Below, in pieces: positions 24,166 to 37,689 of a stretch of DNA of 64,000 nucleotides. The notes beneath the pieces were generated by a model that did no database searches, was not told the DNA's origin, and was given only the letters and a program-made list of their open reading frames with translations. The position numbers were made by a program, and so were the translations under genes. Where the stretch lies: NCBI GenBank assembly GCA_013265495.1, contig MU057521.1, positions 620,001 through 684,000 on the forward strand, written 5' to 3'. Source of the stretch: Vicugna vicugna (taxonomy: Eukaryota). How positions within the stretch are numbered: the stretch's first letter is position 1; the number at the start of each line of letters is the position of its first letter.

Positions 24166-24600
24166 TGTATTAGGGTTCTCCAGGCAAATATATATACATA
24201 TATATTTATATAAAATAAGCAATTGGCTACATTATGGAGATTGAGAAGGCCCAAGAGCTGCAGCTGGCAAACTGGAGACTCAGGAGAACCAATGGTGTAA
24301 GTTCCAGTCCGAGTTCAAGTCTGAAGGCAAGAGAAGATCAACGTCCCAGCTCAAAGATCAATGTCAAAGTTCAAAGGCAGAGAGAATGAATTCCTCCATA
24401 CTCAGCCTTTTTGCTCTATTCAGGCCCTTGATAGATTGGATGCCAACCCACATTGCAAAGGACCATCTACTTGACTCAGTCCACTGATTCAAATGTTACC
24501 TCATAGAGAAGCACTCTCAGACACACCCAGAATAATGTCTAACCAAGTATCTGGGCACCCTATAGCCCAGTCAAGTTAACACGTAAAATCGAACATCATG
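24166..24600 (-). mobile_element. ERVL solo LTR (MLT2B-like)
   Basis: 'tgtattagggttctccag...tgcagctggcaaactggagactcaggagaaccaatggtgtaagttccagtccgag...ctgggcaccctatagcccagtcaagttaacacgtaaaatcgaacatca'. Confidence 0.88.
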
Positions 24601-27139
24601 CCTGATGATTATCCTCATTCTCTTTAGTAAAAGCTCTGAATGAGATCAAGTATGACAGACATATCAGGCAGATAATGAAGAAAACAGGGTCATTGTTGTT
24701 GTTGTTGTTTTAATTTCTAAAGGACTGGCATTTGGCACTTCAGCTTAGGTGCCACTTAGGACATATTTTAAGGAAACAGTCACATTCCAAGCACAATTAA
24801 TATAAGACACTCAAGGCTACTGACCAGGAATAGACTATATACCACATATAGCCTAAGAGAGAACATGTAACAATTAAAGAAGATCTTGTGATAAATTTGG
24901 ATGGTGGCCTTTTGCTCTCCCTCAGTAGTTTTCTCATAATATTAAAGACTTTCTGAAATACCTAGATAAATATGACATAAAATAAAAATTCAAGAGTAAC
25001 ATCCACAATTATATTTTTTCCTTTAAAAAAACCTAATTTGCAAGCTTTTAGGCTGTCTGTATCTCTTGAAATGATGTATAAAAATGATAATGACATAGAT
25101 TGTAAAACAGACAATCAGTTCAAATAATTATGGCACAAGAGTGGATTTCTTTTATTCCAACTGGCTATTTTAATTGATCAGATAAGCCTAATAATCAAGC
25201 AATCTTTACTTAATTTGTGCTAGGCACATATCATTTCAGCAGCCTAGAAACAACATTATGCTCCCTTAAAAAAATTTGTTATGACTCTTTGGGAAAGTTG
25301 AAGTGTTGAAGTTTTAATGGCTTTACTGAGGGCACCAAACCTTAAAGCATTAATGGAAAAATTCCTTCATAGCGTTTCCTTGGTCTTAAGATATAGAATA
25401 AACAAACTTAGCAACATTTCTCTTTCTATTCTTCAGGCTCACAGCATAGTTTAATAAGAGTAAAGAAAAACCTATGAAATATTCTTTGGGACCAAAGAGA
25501 CAGAATTTCTATTATTAACTGATAGTTTTTGGTACTGTAAAATAGTTCCCTATATGAATCCCAAAGATACCAAGGTTTCAATGTTCATTACGTAGCTAAG
25601 AAAACATCAGAGGGGAAACCTAGCTTGCAAAAACTGTGACCTTGAGATTTATAACTGTCTCCCTCGTTGGGTCTTTGTATATAAAATGGTTGTTGTTGGG
25701 GATGTTCTAATGTGACGGTTTTGCTTAAATGGGATAACTGCTACTATTAAGAAGGCTACCGAGATGGAGAAAGCAAGTAGGTATGCTTTTGCTGATTTCA
25801 TTTCAATTTCATTTTCATTTTAATGTCATGAACCAGTAGCAATCAAACTCCAGGCCTTGTATCTGCTCTCCTTCTGCTGCTGGACCAAGGCAATGAGGAA
25901 AGTACTTCTAAGGACTATCTGTTCACAGTTGATACAGGCAAAGCAACCATGTCAGGATTAATAATGCAGGCAGACAAGTGGATGTTTATTTTAGATCATT
26001 CGTTCTGACAAGACTGTCGATTTGGAGTTGCTACAACTGTGGGTTAAGGGAAGTACTGAAAGTGGCTGCAGGCAGAGAACACCCCCGTAAGGGGGCTTCT
26101 GGGGAGGAGGGTCAATATCCTGATGAAAAGTCTTCTTGGATTTATCCACAATTAGCTTAGAGCTTACAAAATCTAAAGCGAAATCAAAGTGTATTTCCAG
26201 GACTTGATGCAATAAAGAAGTAACCATGGCAATTGCCTGCACTGCCTTGAGACTGAGGGAGGAAGTGTGGTCTCAAACTTCATGTCCGTTAGATAGAAAT
26301 ACTGTAGCAAAATTAAGTAGGAAAAGTACTGGAAATAGCGAAGTGTGTGAAGAAGAGATGACAAGATATTGGTTGCTTTTCTTGGTTCACACAAATAGAA
26401 ACTAAAGTTAATTCATTTTTTCCTGTTTGAATTTTTGCATTTTCTGTTGTAAGAATTAACAAGACTCAGGCTCAGAAAAAAAAAAAAACAGCACAGAAGT
26501 ATTTCCTGTTCAGTTGGTGGCATGTTTTGCTGAAGTAAGATAAATGGGTTCTGATTTTGAAAAGCAATTATTCTGTAGAAAGGATACAGTCATCCCTCCC
26601 CTTAGCGTGATGAACAATGTGTTTACTATAAAATGCTAATTAGCCCTTAAAGATATTAATGTAATTATTGTTCATCTAAGGATATAAATCTGACAGCCCC
26701 CGAGGACAGGGCATTGCTCATTTTGAAGAAGCAGGTTTAAAGTAGTTTTTGCTTACCTATTTGCCTAATTTAAACTGAATCACTCTTCATAGAAAAATGA
26801 AAATAAAATATCATCAAGTTGCCAATCATTCAAAAAGGACAAAGATGCTTGGAGCTGAAATTAAAGGTTATGAAACACACTGACATTTGTGTTCACAGGT
26901 AAGGCATTATTTTTTAGGCCTAACCAGAGCAGATCACAGATTTAAAAGTATGCGCTATGAATGCCTCATTTAATATCTGATAGCGCATCTTACTTTGAGT
27001 ACTGTCTAGAAGAATCATTTGGGCAGGGAAGAAAGTGAAAAATAGTATTTTTAACTGAAACTGAGGTTTGGACTCCTTGTTAGGATGGAAAGGAGAGGGC
27101 AGCCTTGCTGCCCAAATTCCCAACCCTTTTATTGTAAAA

Positions 27140-27560
27140 ATTTATTCATATTGCACCTAACAGAAAATCCAGCCTAAAATGGCTTAACCAAAATAGAGAA
27201 TGGCTTTTATTTTATAACTGGATACTCTGGAATATAACCAGCTTCAGGTATAGTTTGATACAGAAATTAACTGAATATTGAGGCTCTCGCTGTTTTTCAC
27301 TGTGGTTCTCATAACTATGCTCTGCTCTGTGTGTTGTCTTTATCCTCAGGTGCACTCCCCTCAGCAGCAATACTGGCTGCAGCAGTTTAGAAATCAGAGC
27401 CATGTGTCACATAGTCCTCAGAAGGAGAATGCTTTTAGGTGTTCTGGAAGAGCAAAGAGGTTAGCTTGTAAGAAGGATGCTCCAACAAAGGTCTGCTTAT
27501 GTCTTATTGAGCCTCACGCCCAATGCAACAGACTCTGTATGTGGACTATCCAATAGCTAT
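27140..27560 (-). mobile_element. Old MaLR LTR fragment (MLT1 family)
   Basis: 'ttgcacctaacagaaaatccagcctaaaatggcttaac...gcttcaggtatagtttgatacag'. Confidence 0.55.
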
Positions 27561-27569
27561 TATCGCCTT

Positions 27570-28088
27570 CCTCCTTGATAACAGAAAATTGATTTTGTTT
27601 AAGAATGGAGAAGCTGTGTGTTCAGGGAAGTAGGCCACTTCCTCAGTCTTAAGGGGTGAACTATAATTGGACTAAATCAATCATGGCAATACTACTACTT
27701 TTTCTAGTGACTAGTTTAGGGCATGAGTAATTCCAGTCAACAGAACCTTTAGAGAAAGTCTACTGGAGGCCTCTGGAAAAGATTTTCCTCTCTAATAATA
27801 GAGAGAAATTCAGGTAGACAACTCTAATCTCTCTACTCTTCTTTTGATGTTATTATATAAGGAAGTAATAGCGCTGTGGAGGCCATCTTGTGACCATGAG
27901 AATCTTAGAGAGGCTGATCTAGAAACTAACTTTGTTGAGCCATCAAAAAAACCTTGGAGTCACCTTCTTCCAGAAATCTTTTTGTGGGGAGGGAAACAGT
28001 CTCCTGTCTCTTACGATGTTTTTAGAGAAACATTTTGTTACTTGCAGCCCAAGGCATCCTAACTGCAGCCCAAGGCATCCTAATTGAT
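27570..28088 (+). mobile_element. Old MaLR LTR (MLT1J/K-like) with a 21-bp tandem duplication at its 3' end
   Basis: 'cttgataacagaaaattgattttgtt...ggccatcttgtgaccatgag...gttacttgcagcccaaggcatcctaactgcagcccaaggcatcctaattgata'. Confidence 0.7.
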
Positions 28089-28309
28089 AAAATCAATCCT
28101 GGAAATTCAGGAGCTGGATGTGGTGATGAGCTTAAATCCTCAAGGCTTACTTATTGAGTGCAGGGTGGATTAGTCCCATTTCAAGTGATTTCAAGAAAGA
28201 CAAGGGAGAAAGGATGCTGGAGGGTTGATACACCTGACAATCCACCATCAAAAACATCATTCAAGTTGCTCATTGGGAACCTGCAGAATCTCTCTCAACT
28301 ATAAAGATG

Positions 28310-28700
28310 AGATAACAGACTCTTATTTCCAGATGTCTGCCAAGCATTTCTTCCTAGATGTCCCACAAGATCATTACACTCAAAATGTTTAAAATGCAAC
28401 TCACCTTTCCCCTCAAAAATGGTTACATCTTTTATATTACATATCTCAGTGCATAAAATTTCTTTTACTAATTCAAATAAACTGTAAAGTTCAAAGACAT
28501 TTTGACTTTTCCTTCATCACTACCTCCTACTATGCTCATAACTCATATCTAAAATGTCTCTTGGCTTGGCCTCTTGGTCATCATTCCCATTTCCTTGCCC
28601 TAAGCCATGCCCCATCACAACAATGGCTAGCTGGACTTCTAGACTTTAGGACACATCTAATGTCAATCCATTATCCTATTGCTATTAGAATTACAAATAT
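28310..28700 (+). mobile_element. L2 internal fragment
   Basis: 'catttcttcctagatgtcccacaag...cactcaaaatgtttaaaatgcaactcacctttcccctcaaa'. Confidence 0.6.
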
Positions 28701-28909
28701 CATTGAATAATGTTTAAAACAACCCTTCAGAAAATTCTTATACTATTCTTGATATAAAGCCTCTGACCACTTTATTCCTTAAGTTTACAATTCAAAACAT
28801 ACTTCTAAATACACATAGTGGTTACACAGACAATAAGCAAACATATTTAAATAGAAATAATGTTTGCTAAAGAAAATAGAGTAATAACTAGGGCAAAAGA
28901 TTAGAATGA

Positions 28910-29140
28910 GAAAAGCAAAGGCTTTGGATTCAGGATGTCCTAGACCTGAATCTTAGCTTTTAACTGAGTGAATTTGGTCAAGTGTCTTAACCTCTCTGAG
29001 CCCTACTTCCTGACTCTGTGAATATGGGGAATACAGTCCCCACTTCAGGAGCTGGCAAGGGCTTGATCTGAGGTAAAAGAGGTTAAGTATTTAATGCAGA
29101 GTGACAGTAGATCCTCAATAAAGAACTGGTATTGTTGTTC
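28910..29140 (+). mobile_element. MIR SINE
   Basis: 'ggctttggattcagga...gacctgaatcttagc...tttggtcaagtgtcttaacctctctgagccctacttcc'. Confidence 0.75.
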
Positions 29141-29512
29141 TTCTTAGTAGGCACTTACAAAATACTGGATTTTCTTCCTTATCCAGAACCAAGCCTATTG
29201 CAGAGATTAAAAAAAAATCCACAGATTCATGTGTTAATGTTCACACACTTTTATCATAAAAAAGCATGCTAGGTTCTTACTCAATGACAATGAGCAATTC
29301 TAATACTTTTTTAAAAATTCTGATTTCTCTAGCCCAAATCTGATGAACAGCAGCAAACTGAAAGGCAGAAGGGTGAAAACGGAGAGAAATAGCAGATGAC
29401 AGCAAAGAAGCTTAAGGAAATACCTTAGCATACAGATATAAGAACACAACATGTGCAGCAGGGCAAATGAACTTCACAAGCCCGGAGGGATCCACCATGA
29501 AAGTTGCAGAGA

Positions 29513-29765
29513 AAGAGCAGTATGTGGTTGTTAAGGACACAGATTCTGGACTCTGCTGCATGAGTTTGAACCTCAGCTCTACTGTTAACTAGCTTATGTG
29601 CTCATCAAGTTTCTCAATCTCTCTCTGAAATGGAGACAATCATTGTACCTATGTCATAGAGTTGTATGTAAGTAAACGCAGAAGTAAATAATTTAATGCT
29701 GTAGGGCACTTAGAACAGTGCCAGACCCATACTGAGTGGCCACAGAAGCACTCACTTTTATTATT
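29513..29765 (+). mobile_element. MIR SINE
   Basis: 'gagcagtatgtggttgttaaggacacagattctggac...gagtttgaacctcagctctact...gcacttagaacagtgcc'. Confidence 0.8.
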
Positions 29766-31204
29766 ACAACACAGTATCATCAACAGTGCTTATCTGAAAG
29801 ACGGAATCATCAAATATTATCCCCATATCCTCTGTTTTTAAAGAGAAGTAGAAATACCTTTGGGAATTTGTTCAATCAAAACTGTTAACATTCTTTAAAA
29901 GATCTGGTGCTCATGTTAAAAAAATTTTAGGTGTCTGAAATATTTACGTATCTGGAATTCCACTGAGAGTAACAGAAAAAATGAGATACTACATTTAGAT
30001 TCAGAATTTTCAAGGGGATGTTATTTTCAGTATATTAAAAGAAGTCTTTCTTCCTCCATGCCTGTAGAATTGAAATAAGAGACAGGGAGACAGGTTCTTT
30101 TGAAAGGTTCCTGAGCATGGCCATGGGACAGCGTAGCCTAAGTGGATGTTCCTGGGATGGCAAAGACGTGGACACGATTCAAATGTTTCTAAGTGATGTA
30201 AAGATCCAGCCTAGCAGTTTGTCTCTTGGAACAAAGCTTCCCTACCTTGCACACAAATCTGTCACAGATGTGTTTCTTCTCTTTTCTGAAAAGAAACGAC
30301 AAAACAATCTATTCATTCCTATTTCCTTAGTCAAAAGAAGCAGGGGGCAATGGTTCTTGCATTTTTATAAAGAATGGATGAAACTGCTTACTAAATTTTT
30401 GTCAGTATATTGTCTCAGGCTAGTCAGCATCCCTGCTTTACAGAATTTTTTTAAAGTAGTAAATCACTCAGAAAATGCTGCACCCAATTTTGAGTCCAAA
30501 AGCAGATTAAAACAATTTATCATCATCATTCATAACTTTTTCATTGTACCTCATCAGGAAAAAGAAAAGTATTGATTAATGGTCCTAATTCAGCCTAATT
30601 TTGACAATAAATTAATAGAGTCTTCAACATTTCAATCTTTGGAATAAATCTTCTAAAAGTAGAAAGAAATGCCAGCCCTGTGCCAAGAAAACTTAGTGTG
30701 CCCTCTCACAGTGTACCCTCTCACAGTGTACCATCTTTTCTCACTGAATCATCCCCAACAAGTCTTACAGAATCTAAACAAAAGGGCTGCTAGGTCTTTG
30801 TGGCCAAGAAGATTGCCTGACATTATCCTTCAACTCCAGTTGTAAGCACTAAATAAATATCTGATAGATAAATCAATGAGATAATGATTTTATTTTCTTA
30901 CAGAATGTTTAGGATTCTTTTAGCATTTAGGCCTTGACTCCAAATAATAACCAACTGCTTGAGTTAGTGACTTCCAGCTGAAGGATTGTTAAAAGCCTCA
31001 TATCAATATTTACTTCTGAAAAAAATAACTAGAAGCAATCAAATTTTGGAACATATAAAGATAACATTCTACTGCAATCAAGTACTTTATCCCCTCAATA
31101 TAAGAATCTATTAGCAGACAAGAGATAAATCCAACATGATTTGTTCAATAGATACTAAAAATGGATTTCATAAAATTTCCACCTTTTCCTAAGAATAGCA
31201 AAAA

Positions 31205-31420
31205 AAAATAATAGCTAATATTGACTGAACACCTCCTATGTGCCAGGCCCTATGCTATGCTTTAGATACATAATCTCCTTTAACCATCTTATTAATACCA
31301 TCCAGATGATGGCATCACAGAACTCCATTTAAAAATCAAGGCTTAGAGACACTGAAAAAAATCTAATACCTTATTTCCAAACCTGGACTTTAATTCATCA
31401 TAATGTACTACTTATACTCT
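31205..31420 (-). mobile_element. MIR SINE
   Basis: 'aataatagctaatattgactgaacacctcctatgtgccaggccctatgcta'. Confidence 0.7.
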
Positions 31421-31599
31421 TAGGGAAAAAAAGGTAAGGCAACAGTCTTTTTAAGGATACACTGGAATAATTACTTGTAGGAGAGCAAATGTCTCTAAAC
31501 TTCTCTGGACAGAAACTTCTCAATAAATACAGACTCTAAGACATTTCACACCCTTTGCTCAAATAATTGTTCAAAATATTGTTCAAAACATTGTTCAAA

Positions 31600-32070
31600 T
31601 CGTTACATATGTACCCTAAGGAAATAATTAGAAGTTTGGATAATTTATATAAAAAGATACCCTTTGAAATGTTGTATCTAACTTTGAAAAAACTGGAACC
31701 AGCCTAACTATTGAACAATAGAGGAGTAGTTATATTAATTTTAGTTCATCCTTATGCAGGATATTAAGCTAACTTCTAAAATGCTGTTTGAATAGTCACA
31801 TAACATAAAAATGATCTATAACAAAATATAAATAGCTAAAGCTAAATGAAAAAAGAATAGCATATTTATATATAATACAATTCTAATTACCTATCTATAT
31901 ATTAATACAAAAAGATGGAAAGTAAATACATCAAAATGTTGACAATAGTTATCAGTGTGTGGTAGCTGTATGGTTGATTCTGAGTTACATCTTCATATGT
32001 TTCTGCATTTTCCAAAGTCCCTATAGGGAACTTGCCTGAGTTTTTTATTCTTAAAAAATGTTATAAAAAA
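31600..32070 (+). mobile_element. Ancient L1ME-type 3' fragment
   Basis: 'aactggaaccagcctaactattgaacaatagagg...ggaaagtaaatacatcaaaatgttgacaatagttatc...ctgcattttccaaa'. Confidence 0.6.
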
Positions 32071-34074
32071 CAAGACAGTCTCAACTAACAGTATCTTATA
32101 GGTGAAAAATTTGAGACTCTCTATTTTTGTCAGCAAGGAGCTCAGTATTAGTCATCTATTTTCATACACACTTCTATTCAACTTTTACAAATAAAACAGC
32201 TCTTATCACAGTGGTGATGTTCATAAGAGTAAACGAATGCACGACCATTAGTATCAGTATGGTCCCCAAAGCAAGCACGCCTCTCCCGCTGTGGAGCCTG
32301 GCTTTCTTAACTGTAGCAGATTGTAGGTCCTGCCAAACGAAGTAGGAAAAAGAGGGGTGGGAAGCCTGAGGTAAATAACTGCCAGAGTCTGTGCTCAAAG
32401 TGTAAATAACCCCTTCTTATGTGTAGTGATAACACTGTCACTGAGCCATGGTTCTTGTCCCCAGTCACCCTCAGACCATTAGCTGTGAGAACCTACAAGG
32501 GCACGATGCCCCTCTCTGGGATACATGTCCATTTGTTCAATTCGAAGAAGCAGCAGTTCTCACCTGATAGAAGGGTTGGAATTCAGTAAACTCTACTAAA
32601 TTTCTTGATGGGATTTCCAGAGTCAAGTGCCTTCGTGCAATACTGTCTAGGCAAGCTTGTCCATGCTTTGAGTAAATCCCCTCTTTATTCTAAATATCCA
32701 TAGAAAACTGTATGTATACATAGACACAGACATAAATATATGTCTTCCAGGCGTCTGTCCTGGACATTGAGAGTTAAAAAAGACAGAAAGGGATTTATAG
32801 TCTTCTAGCACCTTCCAGCATCAACAATGCCTACCCAACTAAACATTTGTCTATGGTAGGGATAACAATAGAATGAATTATTTCAGATTCTACACATTGA
32901 TTATATTAGGGCAATGGATCAATGAAATGATTCTTTTTCAATGTAACTTTTCATAGTTTTTTTCCAAATTTTCTCTCATTGAGTACGTATTATTTTTATA
33001 ACAGAGAAAACAGACCTTTAAAATGCTTAATGTTCTCTGCCCTTGAAGAAATTAAAACCTAGCAAGGAGGACAGAGAGTTTTTTACTAGGTATATGACAG
33101 TATAAAGAGCACTATCCTCCTAGTACAAAGTTTTGGAGAGCACCAAGAGGGAAAAGGTTAATTCTGTCCAATGTCACAATGTTGAGTGAACTTCACGAGG
33201 AAGCAGCTTCTGAAACAGTCCTTGAAGGATCAGTAATATTTCTATCTGCTCAAGAAGAGCATTCAAGGCAGAAGTCAGCATGAATAGACTCAGACGTAAA
33301 AGTCCAGGACATGCTAGGGGAAGGGCAGTTAATCTGAGATCATAGACCTTATTTGATGTGGTCACCCCAAATGTCACTCTATCCCAACTCAATGTTTTAA
33401 TCTTGATTAAGTTGTAATTCTTTAATATGCATCTGGATTAATTTCTTATTTTACTATGTTTCACATTAAATGCATCTATATACGTCATCTGTACCAATGT
33501 TAATATTATTTCAAAAATGAAATTGATTTCAAAATTAAACAGATTTAAATGTGCAGTCAATTCATTTGATTTACATTTTAGAAATTTCTCTTGAGAAATT
33601 ATAATGGCTCCTCACAGCTCATTATTGCTTATCAGTTTGATTAAAGGTTTTGTGACTTAGCTAACTCAGGTATAGAACAACATTTAGAAAAGCATGTTTA
33701 AATGATTTTATGACATATATGAGGATGTGAACTGAATGTAAGTATACAGTAATAGTTTCTGGCAGAAATCCTTTCAAATAGTTTAACCAGAGACTCCACT
33801 GAGTGAACATAAAGTCAGTTAGAGGAAATCGTTTTACAGTGACAAAAGGATTGCCTGAACAAGACACAGAAGCCTGAGGCTCTAATCCTAGCCCCTCCAT
33901 TTACTAGCCATGAGATTACATCAAATGAAAACCCTGAACCTCAGTTTCCCCATTCATGAAAGACATACTAATAAATACTATGTATTCCTTATTTCACAAA
34001 AATATTTAAATCATATCAGAATGTACATGTCATCAGTTATGCAATTGTTTAAAAAAAAGTCCTTAGAGATAATC

Positions 34075-34302
34075 CTAGTAGGGTTCTAGATTTTGCTCCA
34101 AGATCCCCATTTAGGGCCCCCTAACAAGATGTAGGACAGGTGGAAACAGAATGAAGGGTATTGCTGCTGAATGCATGGGGTCCCTCTCTCACATCCCCAT
34201 TTTCAGCTGAGGAGTCCTAATTTATCTGCTTTACATATTGGGATCCAGAAAGCTTCTATTTGAAGAAGATGCCCAGTAGTTTCAAAGGATTGAAAACCAC
34301 TG
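34075..34302. mobile_element. hAT-Charlie MER-type relic
   Basis: Ends in 'tttatctgctttacatattggg...ttgaaaaccactg', a hAT-type terminus. Confidence 0.5.
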
Positions 34303-35479
34303 ATTTATCCAATTGCCTCATATAACAATGAAAAAAGTAAAACCCAGAGTAGCTAAAAATTCCACCACTTTCAGTAACTATAAAGTGGCTGGGCATATAA
34401 AATCCAAGTCTTCCGTTTCCAAGCCCAGTACCTTTTCTGCCATACCACGTGGAAGGGTTAAATAAATATGTGTATTGACACTGAAGTAGTAAGAATCAGT
34501 ACAAGTGTTTGTAGATTTGACATCACCTGTACAGTATGAAAATTTTGTTCAGCAATATAAAACTAGTTCAATCATTAGTTTGCACATTTATTCGATAAAT
34601 ATTGTATCAGATATGTGCCAGACATTGTTTTAAGTACAGATTTCAACACAGTCTACAGTTGAATTTCAAAGAAGTTATGACATCCAAGCTTAACAGCAAC
34701 ATACAATACTTCATTTTTTTATGGGATACAGGCAGAGTATTATGAATTTAATTACTGCCTATACAAAAGCACCACTTGTAATTTCAGGACCAGAGTAAAC
34801 ACTAAATTACCTGTATCTGGCACACCTCACTGAATTTCCTGTATTAATTTGTTTCTTCTACCAAAAGCTAACACTCCACATGTGAAACACCCACCTACTG
34901 TCACCTTGAAGGAATTAGAACCTTCAGGCATCTCCTTTCTCTTCTGTATACTTTCTCCCTTTCTGGTGATCATTCTATGGCATATAAATATGCTCTAGTG
35001 TCTCACATATTGAAAACAAAACAAAGCCCTTCTTTGCCCCTATGACCAACTGCCACACATATTCCTTTCTTTGTTTCAAAGCAAATATTTTTGGAAAGAG
35101 TTGTCTAAAGCCACTATGTTTTTCCCACCCTTACCCCCACTGGCATCTATGGTCAAAGGCATGCTTCACTTTCTCTTCCCTCTAGAAGGTGAGAAAAGGG
35201 ATCCTGTTTGTTCACCAACCCCAGAACTTTGGACAGCACCTACCATCTGCCTGACTCAGTAAATATTTGTGTAAATAAATCATCTGGAACCATACAGTGA
35301 TTTCATAATTACATAATAATATATAGCTTGCCAATTTCTCATGTATTTCTGAAGGATGGGTCACAATATATGCTAACTCTTACTTGATCCAAAATTAAAT
35401 TCTTTCAACCACCATTTGAAAAAATGGATAATGACCCATAATGCTAGAGTACAGTTAGCCTATACATGCAATTTAGTCC

Positions 35480-36800
35480 TTACCAAAATTGCAAGAAGGA
35501 TTTTTTGCATGTGCAACGTGGCAAAATAATTCTAAAACCCATTTTAAAGAACAAATATTTTTAAATAACTAGGAAGACTTGACAAAGAAGAATAATGTAG
35601 GTAAAACTGCACTACAAGATACAAAAACTGTGTTACAAAATAACAGTAATTAAAACAGCGTGAATCTGGCACAGGATGAGAGCTCAGAAACAGATCACAG
35701 AGTTCAGAACTGAGCTCAAATATATTTGAGAATTTTTTAAATAAAGGACAGCATTTCAACAGGGAGGGAAATAGTAGTTATTCAATAAAAGGTCCTGGGA
35801 CAACTGCCTAGGTACTTGCAAAATAAGTAAGTAACCCTTGCTAACTCCTCATACCAAATAAATTCATGGTAGAAAATACAGTATTGGAAAATAATTTTAC
35901 AGCCTTGGAGTGAGGAAGGCCTTTTGAGTATATTAACAAAACTAAAACCATAAAGAAAAACACTAATGACAGACTCAACGACTTAAAGGTGTAAGAATAT
36001 ATATGTTGAAAACAAGCAAAAAATAAACTAGAAAACCCTGTCAACAAGATTAAAAGGCAAACAAAAAACTAGCAAACATTGTTACATCATATATATGATA
36101 AAGGATTACCAAAAAAAGTGATATCAAATCAACTGGGAAAAGAACATCCCAACAGATAAATGGGCAAAGGAAACTGAAAATTCACAAAAGAATAATTATA
36201 AATGCTCAGTAAACATGTGAAATGATAGCCAGTCTCATTAGTAATCAAAAGAATGCAAGTTAATACTATACATAAAATAGATAAACAACAAGGTCCTACT
36301 GTATAGCACAGGGAACTATATTCAATATCTGGTAGTAACCTATAATGAAAAAGAATATGTATGTGTGTGTATAACTGAATCACTATGCTGTACACCAGAG
36401 ACTAATACAACACTGTATATTGACTATACTTCAATCAAAACAGAATGCAAGTTAAGATACTGAATTTCATTTATCTATTAAATCCGGCTAAAATTAAAAG
36501 TATTGGCAATACATTGCGTTGGCGAGGGCGTGAAAAACAGAATTCTTAAGCATTTATGAAAGAGCAAACTGATACAAAGTTTCTGCAAGTTAGTTTGGCA
36601 TCAAATGTAAAATATCTATTAAGGGAATAGCCAGACAACTAATATATAAAGGGTATTCTTTGCCAAGTCATTTATAATTGAAAAAAAAGTCTATCAACAG
36701 GATATTATTGAACATGTCATTATCAGTCCATCTCTATGGAGACCTGTGTGGACCTACAATTTTTAAATATAGAAAGTTATTCACAATATGTCAAGTGGAA
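35480..36800 (+). mobile_element. Ancient L1M ORF2/3' fragments
   Basis: 'attcaataaaaggtcctgggacaactg', 'ggaaggccttttgag', 'aaatgggcaaagg...aaacatgtgaaatgat...ctcattagtaatcaaaagaatgcaa'. Confidence 0.7.
36264..36441 (+). mobile_element. Young 5'-truncated L1 3' end with a perfect 14-bp TSD
   Basis: 'taaacaacaaggtcctactgtatagcacagggaactatattcaatatc...gctgtacaccagag...gactatacttcaat'. TSD agaatgcaagttaa at 36250-36263 and 36442-36455. Confidence 0.93.
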
Positions 36801-36819
36801 AATAAAAGTTACAGAGCTA

Positions 36820-37535
36820 TTCTATCTCCTAAATATTTCCTGAATCAGTCCCCTTCTTTCATCTCGCCTAGTACTCTGGTGCCAACTAACGTCTTCTCTC
36901 TCCTGCACCCTCTCAAGCCCTGGCTTCCTCGTGAGTCTTCCTCCTGGGGAATTTCCACATGCAGCCATAGGATAGTTCTACAATGCTAATATCTCATTAT
37001 GTTACTCCTCACTGAAAAACCACTACCCTTGACCAAGCTGGCTCCTGCCTACTCCTCGAAGCTCTTTCTCTTCCCCACTCTCTTTTGCTCTAGTTTCCCA
37101 GCTCTAGCAGCCTTCTTTCAGTTCTTCCATCCCTCCTGACCCACTCCAACCTCAATCCCTTGCATTCATTCTCTGTCTGGAACCTTCTTGCCCTCCCTAC
37201 ACCACCCATTCCCACACTATGCCTGCTGACACCTTTGCATCTTTCAATGCTCAGCACAGATGCCATTTCCTCAGGAAAATCTTCCTGACCACAAAACCTA
37301 GGTCGGCGCCCCCTCTACATACCCTCATAGCTCTCTTTCTTTTTCCTTAATCACCTTATCACAGTTTGCAATTATATATTTGTGGATTATATCGCAATGA
37401 TCCATCTCCCTCCTCAGGCTGAGGACAAGGACCATTTCCATTTTCTTCATCTTTATAAACCACTGATACATATTAAACACAATTTAGAGACTAACATGTA
37501 TCTGGCACTGAAATATCTTATGAGTGAAGGGAGGG
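36820..37535 (+). mobile_element. L2 3' region
   Basis: Pyrimidine-rich L2 blocks such as 'tgccatttcctcaggaaaatcttcctgaccac' and 'gaggacaaggaccatttcc', ending 'aaatatcttatgagtgaa'. Confidence 0.7.
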
Positions 37536-37689
37536 AGGGCAAAAGGAAAGGAAAGAATAAAGATTTGGTACTCTGTTACTTGAAAATCAATAAGAGCATC
37601 AAGAAATAAAATAAATTCTTGATTATTATTTTAAAAAATAAGTACATCCATCACAGATTTTGAACCATAAAAGTAATAATCAGTCACAT

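Noticed and set aside
26227..26406. 59-aa plus-strand ORF MAIACTALRLREEVWSQ... with a good Kozak context (accATGG)
   Set aside because: No recognisable homology or promoter, and the length is within chance expectation.
30117..30575. Longest ORF in the window (152 aa)
   Set aside because: No recognisable domain or splice structure, and the composition looks like translated AT-rich intron.
30696..30732. 15-bp tandem duplication, and similar short arrays at 13690-13717 and 31566-31600
   Set aside because: Simple slippage duplications with no spacers. They are not CRISPR-like or otherwise organised.
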